The notes beneath the pieces were generated by a model. The model made no database searches. It saw only the letters and a list, made by a program, of their open reading frames with translations, and was not told the DNA's origin. Below are positions 17,344 through 27,700 of a stretch of 32,000 bases of DNA, piece by piece. Source of the DNA: Thiotrichaceae bacterium. Its GTDB lineage: Bacteria; Pseudomonadota; Gammaproteobacteria; Thiotrichales; Thiotrichaceae. Made by a program: the position numbers and the translations under genes. The DNA is taken from contig CBDCZP010000005.1 in the NCBI GenBank assembly GCA_965224605.1, positions 206,069 to 238,068 on the forward strand, read 5' to 3'. Position 1 is the stretch's first letter. Each line of letters opens with the position of its first letter.

Positions 17344-18619
17344 TCACCGTTTCTTTTGTTAGCGGTACAATATCAACCTGATCAAACCAGATGCCACCTT
17401 GAAAAAACTGCTCGTGGTGGTATTGACTCATCGCTTCTAATCGAATGATTTGTGATGTACAGCCTTGCTTGGGTACTGAAAAATCGAATGTGATTTCATG
17501 CCACTTCTCGCGTCCCTTTAAGGCTTGGCTTTCACCCAGCTGCTGTTGGTTTTCATCTGCACAATAGATTCTCCAGGCCAATCCTTGTGGATTCTTTAAG
17601 CCATCAATACGTGTTTGCATAATCAGCTGATAACGACGTCCCGGTTCCAACAATAAACGCTGCCAAACGTGTTTAAACTTAATACTTTTTCGTTTGTTAA
17701 AAACAAGGTGTAATGCTCGACTACCTTTAATACCTCGGGTTCGACCCAGAGTAATTTTAGCTGGCTTAGACTGATTGTAATTCCAGTCATAGCCACTGTC
17801 ATGACTGTCACTTTCAAACCCTCCGTCGTAAAGAGTTCCTATCTTGCTGAACTGTTGACTGCTGAGTCCCTCTATCCACACTGAATACGCAAGTTTCCAT
17901 ATCTTTGCTTGCTGTAATTTCTTCACATACGCATTACGCTCATTCTTTTCTAAAGGAACGTTGGTTTGCGATCTTTGTTGATAGAAATATTCTAATACGG
18001 GCAAACTCGCTTTATTATTTACCATATAAGTAAAAAAATCGTTCCACCAAGAAGCAGGCTTAATCGCATACGGGACTAACAAATCACGAGAATCATCAGC
18101 ATTCGCATAACTGAGCAAAATCGGAAATATGGGTTTATACAACCCGCTATGTCGTGTCAGTAAGAGATCCCATTCAGAAAGCACCTTTTCGGCATCACCT
18201 TTTTCTCCCCAATAGTTGGAAAGAGCAATATGCACGTAGGAATGGGCTGGCCATTGCTTAGGAGCGAGTGTAACCGCCTTTTCAGCATGAGCTGTTTCTT
18301 GTAGGTTTTCATAAGCAAGAATCAGGATGGACATAGCATGACCGTTAGTCGGATCAACACTCAAAGCGGCCAAAGCATAGTGTTTCGCTTGCTCAAAGTC
18401 ACTTTCATCCTTGGCGAATTCGGCAAGGTTAGTCAATGCATCATTCTCGCCAGCATTCCAGTGTAGAACTCGATGATAAACATCACTACTTGCAGAGGAA
18501 TCCAAGGCAGCCCTAGCCTGTATCTCGGCAATCTTGAAGGGGATCAAGTGATAGAGCACAAAAGCAGATATTAATATCAAACATAAACGAAATGTATTAA
18601 TGAACATTCTTTTTCGCAT
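17327..18619 (-). CDS. TPR-repeat protein with C-terminal beta-sandwich (CBM/jelly-roll-like) domain
   Basis: An N-terminal signal-anchor 'FINTFRLCLILISAFVLY' is followed by TPR-like helices (e.g. 'FEQAKHYALAALSVDPTNGHAMSILILAYENLQETAHAEKAV'). The C-terminal ~170 aa are beta-rich and begin 'YDGGFESDSHDSGYDWNY', as in carbohydrate-binding-module-like domains. The ATG at 18619 is preferred to the TTG at 18631. Confidence 0.65.
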   Translation of the reverse strand: MRKRMFINTFRLCLILISAFVLYHLIPFKIAEIQARAALDSSASSDVYHRVLHWNAGENDALTNLAEFAKDESDFEQAKHYALAALSVDPTNGHAMSILILAYENLQETAHAEKAVTLAPKQWPAHSYVHIALSNYWGEKGDAEKVLSEWDLLLTRHSGLYKPIFPILLSYANADDSRDLLVPYAIKPASWWNDFFTYMVNNKASLPVLEYFYQQRSQTNVPLEKNERNAYVKKLQQAKIWKLAYSVWIEGLSSQQFSKIGTLYDGGFESDSHDSGYDWNYNQSKPAKITLGRTRGIKGSRALHLVFNKRKSIKFKHVWQRLLLEPGRRYQLIMQTRIDGLKNPQGLAWRIYCADENQQQLGESQALKGREKWHEITFDFSVPKQGCTSQIIRLEAMSQYHHEQFFQGGIWFDQVDIVPLTKETVSDNEH

Positions 18620-18731
18620 TTTTCTTAGCAAGACTTCTTAGAGAACTTCTAGCAAAACTTCGAGCAAAACATAGTACCGTAGAGACGGTTTTACAACCCT
18701 AGAATTATATTAACCCAAGAATATAATTGAG

Positions 18732-21080
18732 CTAACCCGCTTGTTTAACAGGCTCCATTTCCGTTCCCTGATCACCATTACTATAATTATAATAATTATC
18801 ATAGCTATAATAGTGACCTTTGCCCGTCTTCACCTTAGTTAGAATAACACCTATGGTATTACCATAACTACGTGTTAATCGTTTGAGCGCATTAGTAACT
18901 GCATCTTTCTTACTGTCTTCACTGGCAACAACAAATACCGTACCATGTGCTCGATTAGATAAGATCAAAGAATCAGCCATGCCTAGAACGGGTGGTGAAT
19001 CAATGATAACTTGATCAAACTTATCAGATAATTTATCCAACAAATCCATCATACTTGAGCTTGCCAGTAATTTGACGGGATTGCTTGGAATAACACCCGC
19101 TGACAAGACAGACAAACCTGGAACTTCTGATACCTGTAGTGCTTCATCAAGAGTGGACTTCCCAACTAGCACATCAGTTACTCCCCTATCATTGTGCATC
19201 TCTAGATATTCATGCAACGACGGTTTGCGTAAATCAGCATCTACAATCACCACACGTTTGCCCTCTTGGGCTAACACTATCGCCAGATTAATACTGGTAC
19301 ATGATTTCCCTTCGTTTGCAGCCGAGCTTGTTGTATGTAAAATCTTGGGTATTCCGTCTTCCGTTGAATACTCAAGATCAATAGCAATTGATCGAAATGC
19401 TTCAGAAATCGGAGAAAAGGGCTTCTCATGAATAAGTAGTGGATTTTCGTCACGTTTGCTTTTGGTAAAAGGGAAAAAACCGATGACAGGAAGATTGGTC
19501 AGACTTTCAACATCTTCAACCGTAGTTAAAGTGTCATCCATATTCTCTATGAGGAAAGCCATGCCAACACCCATCATCAAACCCAGCAATAAACCGATGG
19601 CAAGATTACGTCTAGTGTTTGGCTTATATTTCTGAAAAGGCACAAAGGCCGGATCCAGGAATGAGATGTTATTAGTAACAACACCACCTGCGACACCAAC
19701 TTCTTTTACGCGCTGTAACAAACCATCATATAACTCACGATTAGTATCAACCTCACGCTTAAGCGCCATATAACCAATGGATTTATCACGAAGAGTCATA
19801 ATCTCGGCTTTCTTTTTCGTGAGCTGCTTTTTCAATTTAGCTGCATTTTCTTTTGCCGCCAAATAACTGCCTTTTAACTCATTTGAAGAGCCTTTGTTAA
19901 TGACGGAAACTTCTTTCTTGATTTGTTTATCAATAGCAGCGATTTGATTTTTTATCTCTCGCATTGCAGGATAAGCCGGTTTATAAGTCTGTCTTAGCTC
20001 CGTATATTTTGTTTCAAGATTCGCTTTTTTCTTTTTTAGGCTCTGTACAACGCTATTGTCCATTTGTCGAATAGAACCCGATATTTTATTTTTTTGTCGG
20101 TATTCACTTTCTGCCCCTATTAGCTTTGTATTCGCGTCCGTATAAGCCTGCGACAAAGCTTGTAACTCGCTTGAAACAATAGACTGGTTGTCATCGGTAT
20201 TGATTATGCTTTTCTTTTTTGCATAAGCGACTAATTCCACTTCTGATTTTTGTAGCTTACTGCGAGTAATCGCGAGTTGTTCATTCAAAAAATCTTTAGC
20301 ATATATGGTAGAATCACCACGACTCTTCAAGTTCATCTTGATATAACTTTCTGCCAAGGTGTTCACAATAGTGGTCGCTAACTCTGGCTCTGTTGATTCA
20401 TAATAAATATGGACAATATTTGATTTTTTCGCAGGACTAATGGTGAGGCTAGCCAAAAACCTTAATTCAACGGGTCTTTTTGCTAACTGACCTTCTGCAC
20501 CAAGCCTAACGTCTTCCAGCAGTTCATCATCTGATGAAGCATCACTCTGCTTACCAGCAAGATTAAATTCAACCGCTTTATCATGGAAAAAGCCAACCAC
20601 ATTCTCCTTAAAAAAGGCCTTAGCCTCATCCATTTTCTCTGCAACAAAGGGTTTTTCCAGTTGAGGTTGATTGTAATAATCCTCAAGACTTAATTTCTCA
20701 ATAACAATAGTCGCCAATGCACGACTTTTTAACACATCATACTGAGTCTGGTAGAAATTCTGATCAATCGCTTTTTGCTCATAAACGTCATAACTAACCA
20801 CCTTGTCTGCTTCACGATCTATTTTAATGGTAGCTTCAGCGCGATAAGTTGGCACAATGGAAAGTGTATAGAGAAGGGTTAGCCCAAAAATGAGAGATGC
20901 AATGGTAAAGATCAACAGCTTATGTCGTTTCAATACTTTGATCAAATCACTAATATTGATTTCATCGAACTGATCATCATGTCGATATCCGCGAGGCTCG
21001 GCATCCACTATTTCGCGTTCATTCAGTTCAAGTTTCGAACCGTCAATCGCCACCACTGAATTATTCTTTCTAGTACTCAT
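18732..21080 (-). CDS. wzc: polysaccharide co-polymerase / tyrosine autokinase (Wzc/BY-kinase family)
   Basis: The 782-aa ORF has a Wzz-like N-terminus with TM1 'LLIFTIASLIFGLTLLYTL'. A long periplasmic coiled-coil region and TM2 'LAIGLLLGLMMGVGMAFLI' follow. The cytoplasmic P-loop kinase has Walker A 'SSAANEGKSCTS', A' 'VVIVDADLRKP' and B 'VIIDSPPVLG', and a C-terminal Tyr cluster 'GHYYSYDNYYNYSNG'. Confidence 0.9.
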   Translation of the reverse strand: MSTRKNNSVVAIDGSKLELNEREIVDAEPRGYRHDDQFDEINISDLIKVLKRHKLLIFTIASLIFGLTLLYTLSIVPTYRAEATIKIDREADKVVSYDVYEQKAIDQNFYQTQYDVLKSRALATIVIEKLSLEDYYNQPQLEKPFVAEKMDEAKAFFKENVVGFFHDKAVEFNLAGKQSDASSDDELLEDVRLGAEGQLAKRPVELRFLASLTISPAKKSNIVHIYYESTEPELATTIVNTLAESYIKMNLKSRGDSTIYAKDFLNEQLAITRSKLQKSEVELVAYAKKKSIINTDDNQSIVSSELQALSQAYTDANTKLIGAESEYRQKNKISGSIRQMDNSVVQSLKKKKANLETKYTELRQTYKPAYPAMREIKNQIAAIDKQIKKEVSVINKGSSNELKGSYLAAKENAAKLKKQLTKKKAEIMTLRDKSIGYMALKREVDTNRELYDGLLQRVKEVGVAGGVVTNNISFLDPAFVPFQKYKPNTRRNLAIGLLLGLMMGVGMAFLIENMDDTLTTVEDVESLTNLPVIGFFPFTKSKRDENPLLIHEKPFSPISEAFRSIAIDLEYSTEDGIPKILHTTSSAANEGKSCTSINLAIVLAQEGKRVVIVDADLRKPSLHEYLEMHNDRGVTDVLVGKSTLDEALQVSEVPGLSVLSAGVIPSNPVKLLASSSMMDLLDKLSDKFDQVIIDSPPVLGMADSLILSNRAHGTVFVVASEDSKKDAVTNALKRLTRSYGNTIGVILTKVKTGKGHYYSYDNYYNYSNGDQGTEMEPVKQAG

Positions 21081-21326
21081 AATTTTTTATTAATTGAAAT
21101 TAATTGAAATTAACATTCGCAGGATACAAATATTATCTCAGATTTCACAGACTTGAAAGCTTGTCTGTGCTTATTTTACTCAACACCCTTAATATTGCAT
21201 GAATACAATGCTACTTTTTGCATGAATACAAACTGAATATGATTAGAATAATAGTAAAGAACAGGGGATAAGATTCAATTATATTTGAATAAATCAATAA
21301 TTAATCTATGCACTTGGTGAATTAAT

Positions 21327-21403
21327 TGGTAGGCACGCTCGGATTCGAACCGAGGACTTCCACCATGTCATGGTGGCACTCTAACCAACTGAGTTACGCG
21401 CCT
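21327..21403 (-). tRNA. tRNA-Val (anticodon GAC)
   Basis: The reverse complement folds as a cloverleaf. The acceptor is AGGCGCG/CGTGCCT (one G:U), the D arm ACTC-AGTTGGTTA-GAGT, and the anticodon arm CCACC-ATGACAT-GGTGG (GAC at positions 34-36). The variable loop is AAGTC, the T arm CTCGG-TTCGAAT-CCGAG, the discriminator A, and CCA is encoded. Confidence 0.9.
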
Positions 21404-21757
21404 ATATTTCCATATCAGAAACGTTGCAGAGAACGCTTTCAGGAGAAGAGTTGCATTATATCTTTTAAAAGAAAATTAACAACCGGATTTTACCTTACCC
21501 ATACAAAATGGTTCAAAGCGAAATAAAGTTGTTTGAATAGTCACCATATTCCATAGATAGCGTACTAATCATAGACACTCCCTTAAACGTTAAGCGATCA
21601 TTAAGTCTATTGTTATTAGAATACTCTTTGGAAAGAAGAACACTAGAAGCTACAAATATAAAAAACATAATGCTCTGTTCTTAACCCACATATGTATGCA
21701 TCCCCAATACTATAAAAAGCATACAACACAATAAAAACAACAACAAAGAATGTACCT

Positions 21758-24700
21758 ATGAAATGGATAAAAACCTTATTGGTTCACTTGCTATCGGCTC
21801 GCCTAAATCTGATGAGGACAATAATTACATCAGTACACCGAATAACCTTATTCATTCTGATCAGCCTTTCCTTCTTTAACCTCCCTCAAGCCTATGCAGC
21901 CGCTCCAACTAATGGACTCATTGCACACTGGTTATTAAATGAAGGAAGTGGGACTACAGCGAATGACGATACCGCAAACAACCATGATGGAACAATCAGT
22001 GGTACCAGTTGGAATAGCAACACCTTAACATTTGATGGTAATGATGATTATGTCAATCTGGGAGGGCTTGATGTATCTGGAAGCGCTATAACCTTAAGTG
22101 CCAGAGTAATGTCATCTAATTTAGTCAATTGCGGTGGTAGAGATTGCCGGATTATATCCAAAGCTACAGGCGTTAGCAGTAGTGACCATTATTGGATGTT
22201 AAGTACTGTCAGTGGTGGTAGTGGTACAACAAGGCTACGTTTTCGGCTTAAAGTGAATGGCGTGACAAAAACCTTAGTCTCTACCGCTGCTGGAGAAGTC
22301 GCTGACGATGAGTTGTTTCATATAGCTGCGACCTACGATGGCTCTAACATGCGTTTATATAAAAATGGTGCTGAGGTAGGTAGTTTGGTAGCCAATGGAG
22401 CTATTAATACCGATAGTGGTATTGAAGCGTGGATTGGTGGCAACCCCGATGGTGCAAATTCACGTCCATGGGAAGGCACAATTGCTGATATACGACTCTA
22501 TGATAGAGCACTCACTAGTGCTGAAATCACTCAAGTTAATAATAGCGTATCTGAATCAAATAGTAGTAGTGCAACAGGTGAACTGACTGCACACTGGTTG
22601 TTAAATGAAGGGAGTGGGGCTACAGCTAATGACAGCACCACTAATAATTATGATGGAACAATCAATGGCGCCAGTTGGAATAGCAACACCCTCACATTTG
22701 ATGGAAGTAATGATTATATCAATTTAGGAGTTCTTGATGTATCTGGCGATGCTTTAACCTTAAGCGCCAGAGTCATGTCATCAAATTTAGCAAACTGTAA
22801 TAGTCTAGACTGTCGTATTATATCCAAAGCCTCAAGTACAGCTGAAAACGACCACTATTGGATGTTAAGTACCACCAATAGTGGTGGCGTAGCGAGGTTG
22901 CGCTTCCGACTTAAGGTGAATGGTACAACACAGACCCTAATATCTGATGCCACAGGAGTAGTGGAAGATGATGAGCTATTCCATGTAGCTGCAACCTATG
23001 ACGGCTCTCACATGCGTTTATACAAAAACGGGGTTGAAGTGGGTAGCAAGGTTGCTAGCGGAAACATCGGAACTAATAACAACGTTGAAGCCTGGATAGG
23101 TGGCAACCCTGATGGGGCAGCTTCTCGCCCTTGGGAAGGCACTATTGCTGATGTGCGATTGTACAATCTAACACTCACGGCTGCTGAAATCACGGAGCTG
23201 TCAAGTAGCTCGTCAAGTCCAGGAGTTTGCCCTGGCGTTAGTTCATTTGGTGTGAGGTATATAGAAAGCGATGCTAGTTGGAATTGGATCCAACAATACC
23301 CTAATGGTGCTAATCAACCATTATCAGTGCCAGACTCGAATATCAATCAAATTAAAGCGGCTCTTATAAATGATAAGTTAATACTAGTCATAGACAATAT
23401 GACAGAAAGCGCCCACACCAGTTTTTATATTGATGCAGATAATGATTTATCGACTGGCTATGGCAGCATGGGGGCTGATTACCGTACTGTTGATAACTCA
23501 ATTTATGAATATAACGGAGCTGGAGGAGGCGCTTGGGACTGGCAGGGCTTTGTATGGAAAGGCAATGTAACACACCAAACCTATAAAGAATCTACACGTG
23601 TTGAAATTCCTATCAGCTATTTGTCGCAGTTAGATATCAACACAAATTGTGTAGCAGAGACCCTTACTTTAACAGGTACCCTAAGAGACTTTCACGATAC
23701 ACATCCCGATTTTGAATCCAGTGCAGCTAATTTTGGAGGAAATACTAATGATCCTATAGGTTTAGTTACAGGCATGGTCTCAAATAGCCTTGGATATAAT
23801 AAAAAGCCTATTTTTAATAACGCTAGTAAATCAACCAGTACTGCCCATAACTTTAATCAGTGGTTTAGAGATGACTCAAGTGTTAATCAGTCAACGGCCT
23901 ATAACATCACTCTACAAAAACAGGGAAATGTATATGTCTATGATAGTGCTGTTACACCAGCAGGAAACACCAATAGCCCCGCTGGTTTTTTCCCTCTTGA
24001 TGGGTTGTTGTTTGGAAATGAGGCTGTTCCCGGTAACTTCCCCGCTTGGTATGGAAACAGTTATGCCGACAATGGAAATTATGCTCATAACTACCATCTC
24101 ACCTATGAAATTCATTCCGAATTCGCCTATCAAGGCGGTGAAACCTTTACATTTAGTGGTGATGATGATTTATGGGTATTTATTAATAACCAGCTTGTTG
24201 TAGATCTTGGTGGTATTCATGGCGTTGAACATGGCTCTATTGATCTGGATACCTTAGGATTAACAGTAGGAGAGACCTATAACTTTGATATGTTTTGGGC
24301 GGAGCGACATGTCGCAGCATCGAACATTAAAATTACAACTTCAATAGGATTGGGTGGCGATACCACTGCCCCCACAACTTATGACTATGGTGACGCTCCC
24401 ACTACAGGAACTAGTTATGGAGAGGCCATTCATACGATAGTTGATGGCATTTATCTGGGGTCGGCCTTGCCGGATGCCGATGCTTCAAATCAAGCTACTA
24501 CAGATGCAGATGGCGATGATACTAATGGTGCAGATGACGAGGATGGAATTACTATCCCCGCATTTACCCAAGGCAGCAATGCAAGTATTACAGCTAACGT
24601 AACAGGTGCTGGTGCTTACCTTCAAGCCTGGATAGATTGGAATGGTGATGGAGATTTTAATGATTCTGGCGAACTCATTGCCAGCAACCTTCAAGATAAC

Positions 24701-27700
24701 GATGTTGATGATACAAATAATACAACCGGTACTATAAGTTTTTCTGTGGCGGTTCCCGCTGACGCAACGATGGATCAAACCTATGCACGTTTCCGCTGGT
24801 CAACCACACCTCATTTGAGTGCTGTTACTTTTGATTCAGCTGATATTGCTACAGACGGTGAAGTTGAGGATTATGCAATCACCATTGGAGGAAGCTGTGG
24901 AACTGACACAATTCCTGCGGGCAGCCCAACGGCACATTTAACGGAAGCAAGAGTGTCATGGAATATTACAGGCTCTTTTGGAAATGGCCCTATACGGCTC
25001 AATTCTTTCACTGTCGTTGGAGAACCTGACAAAGTCTTCCATAATCTAATTGTCCCTGATGATGTGAATTACAGTTTTCAATCACCCGCAGCAGGCAACC
25101 AATTTATAACCAATCAGGGAAATAGATGGAAAAATATCACGGACGATACAGAATTTTTTAAAGCGGCAGTGATAGAAGCGAATGCAAGCAGAGACTTGTC
25201 TCATTATCTCTCCCTTGATGGCGGTGGTAGTGGTGGTATCAACAGCACGGATTACACAGAATTTCTCTATAACACACCTATTAAATCCGCAGGGGATCGC
25301 TATATTCTTATCTCAGAGCGATTTGGTAATAACCGAATGGGAGTTGAAGCTTTGGACGCCGACGGTAATGTGATTGGCAACATGGCAGAAGTTATTCCTA
25401 ATACAACCAACGTTGATACGGGCATTACCATACGAACAACACTAACGACCGGACCGCTACAAAATATATTTTTTACTATTTATCCACTAACCGCAATCGC
25501 ACCTCGTGGAGCCGATATACATGGTGTTCGCTTAACCCAAACGGGTGCTACTGGTTATGATGGTGGTGATAGCAAAGTCTTTATTATGGTAGACCCAGAG
25601 ACCATGCCCAAATCCTGTACCTGTGAAGCTGGCTCTGTGGTCATCCCTGACGGAAACCCAACGGCTGCGTTAACTACCGCTCAAGTATCATGGGACATTA
25701 CAGGTACCTTTGGCAATGGACCTATTAACCTTAATTCATTCACAGTAGCAGGTGAACCTAGACCGTTTACTGATATCATCTTGCCAGATTCTGTGGGCTA
25801 TGAATTTCAGGAATTACGAGGAACGCATCAGTTCGTTACCAAACAAGGAGTTGTGGGGCTTAACAGTGAGGATGATCCGGACTTATTTAATACCGCCTTA
25901 GTAACGGCTAATACAAGTAGAGATTTATCCTATTACCTCTCTTTAGATAGAGGGATACACCCTACAGACTACACAGAGTTCTTCTACGATACCCCTATTC
26001 AATCTGCGGGTAATCGCTATGTTCTTATTTCTGAGCGATGGGGTAATAATGGAATGCAAATACAAGCATTAGATGCCAATGGAGACGTTATAAGTGCAGG
26101 TGCTCCGGTCATTGTTAAAACCGATAGCAATACAACCCATATTCCATCTGGGGCAGTCGTTCGTAGAGTTCTTGGGGATGGTTTAGAACAAGAGATATAT
26201 TTTACTATTTATCCTCTTACCGCTATTGCATCTCGAACAACCGAGATATATGGAATTCGGTTGACCCAAATTGGTCCGCACCCAAATGGTGCTACAGATG
26301 GCGGTGATGGCAAGGTCTTTATTATGGTTGATCCTTTAACCATGCCCAACTGTAATGATCGAAGTGATGCCCCTACGTCAGGCACTCAGTATGGAGAAGC
26401 CATGCATACGGTTATTGAAGGTGTCTATCTTGGAGCTAGTGCTCCTGATACCGAAACGACTAGCCAAGCTTCAGCCAATGCTGATGGTGATGATAACAAT
26501 GGCAGTGATGATGAAGATGGTGTTTCAATTCCCGAGCTTACCCAAGGAGTAACTACAACATTTACAGCAACAGTATCGGGTATAGGCGGCTATCTACAGG
26601 GTTGGATAGACTGGAATGGCGATGGTGATTTCATTGATGCCAATGAACAAATCGTTACGAATCTTCAGGACAATACTGCCGATGATGCGGATAACACCAC
26701 TGGCATTATTAGTTTTGATATAAGTGTACCTGATGCTGCAACAACCGCACAAACTTACGCCCGTTTCCGTTGGTCTAACACGTTAAGTCTAGATTCAACC
26801 ACACCAGCAAATAGTGGCGAAGTTGAAGACTACAGTCTTACCATAAGAGAAAATCTGGCATCTTGTTCTATAGATGACCCGACAGCAGGCGTTTACAGCA
26901 CGGCATCTGTTGCTAGTAATTCTAACTATTTATCAACCCATACTCGCATTTACCAAGCTAAATATAATTCAGCTAATTGGGAAGGTCAGTTACGATCCTA
27001 TGATCTAAAAACAACCGCTCAAGATGGTAATGTAAAAACACAAAAGTGGAATGCTGCGGATACCATCAACCGAAGCAGTCGAGAATTATTCACTTATGAC
27101 CCAACTGAAGACGACGATGATAAAGGCATCTCACTAACTTGGGATAATCTCAATAGCCAGCAAAGAGCCAGTCTCATTGATGGGGGTAGTACTGCGTTAG
27201 GTGAAAAGCGTTTAGCCTGGTTACAAGGTGATGATGTAGATGAAGGCACTACTCTACGAGCAAGAACCAAAATTCTCGGCGATATTATTCATTCAAACAT
27301 GGTCTTCAAAGGCAAAACAACTAACTATGGTTATAAACAACTCAGTGGCGCAGAAGGCACAGGATACGCTTCTTTCTTATCCACAAAACTATCCAGTCAA
27401 GAAGCTATATTTGTAGGCTCTAATGACGGTATGCTTCATGCCATTGATGCGGATGATGGCTCAGAATTATTTGCTTATGTCCCTAACGAAGTATTTCCTA
27501 AAATTGCCACACTTAGCAACCTCAAGTACGGCTGTAGTGAGGACGATTGTTTACCGCATGAGTATCTTGTCGATGGCGTTTCATCCTTGGGAGATGCCTA
27601 TTTCGATTCAAGCTGGCATACCGTTTTACTGGGCACATTAGGTTTGGGCGGTAAAGCCATTTACGCATTGGATGTGACGGATGCAGATAATTTCGACAGT

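Noticed and set aside
21034-21042. Copies of the tRNA-Val T-arm 9-mer 'ttcgaaccg' at 21034-21042 (inside wzc) and 29552-29560 (inside fimU), considered as possible att-site remnants.
   Set aside because: The match is only 9 nt, both copies are inside conserved coding frames, and there is no extended match to the tRNA 3' end. This is consistent with chance.
21091-21113. Tandem 10-bp repeat 'taattgaaat' x2 (plus a partial copy) immediately upstream of the wzc start codon.
   Set aside because: With only about 2.3 copies in AT-rich DNA it is too short to distinguish from chance. It is noted only as a possible UTR or operator element.
21326-21526. 66-aa plus-strand ORF starting 'MVGTLGFEPRTSTMSWWHSNQLSYAP'.
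   Set aside because: This is the classic antisense translation of a tRNA gene (the tRNA-Val here). It is not a protein gene.
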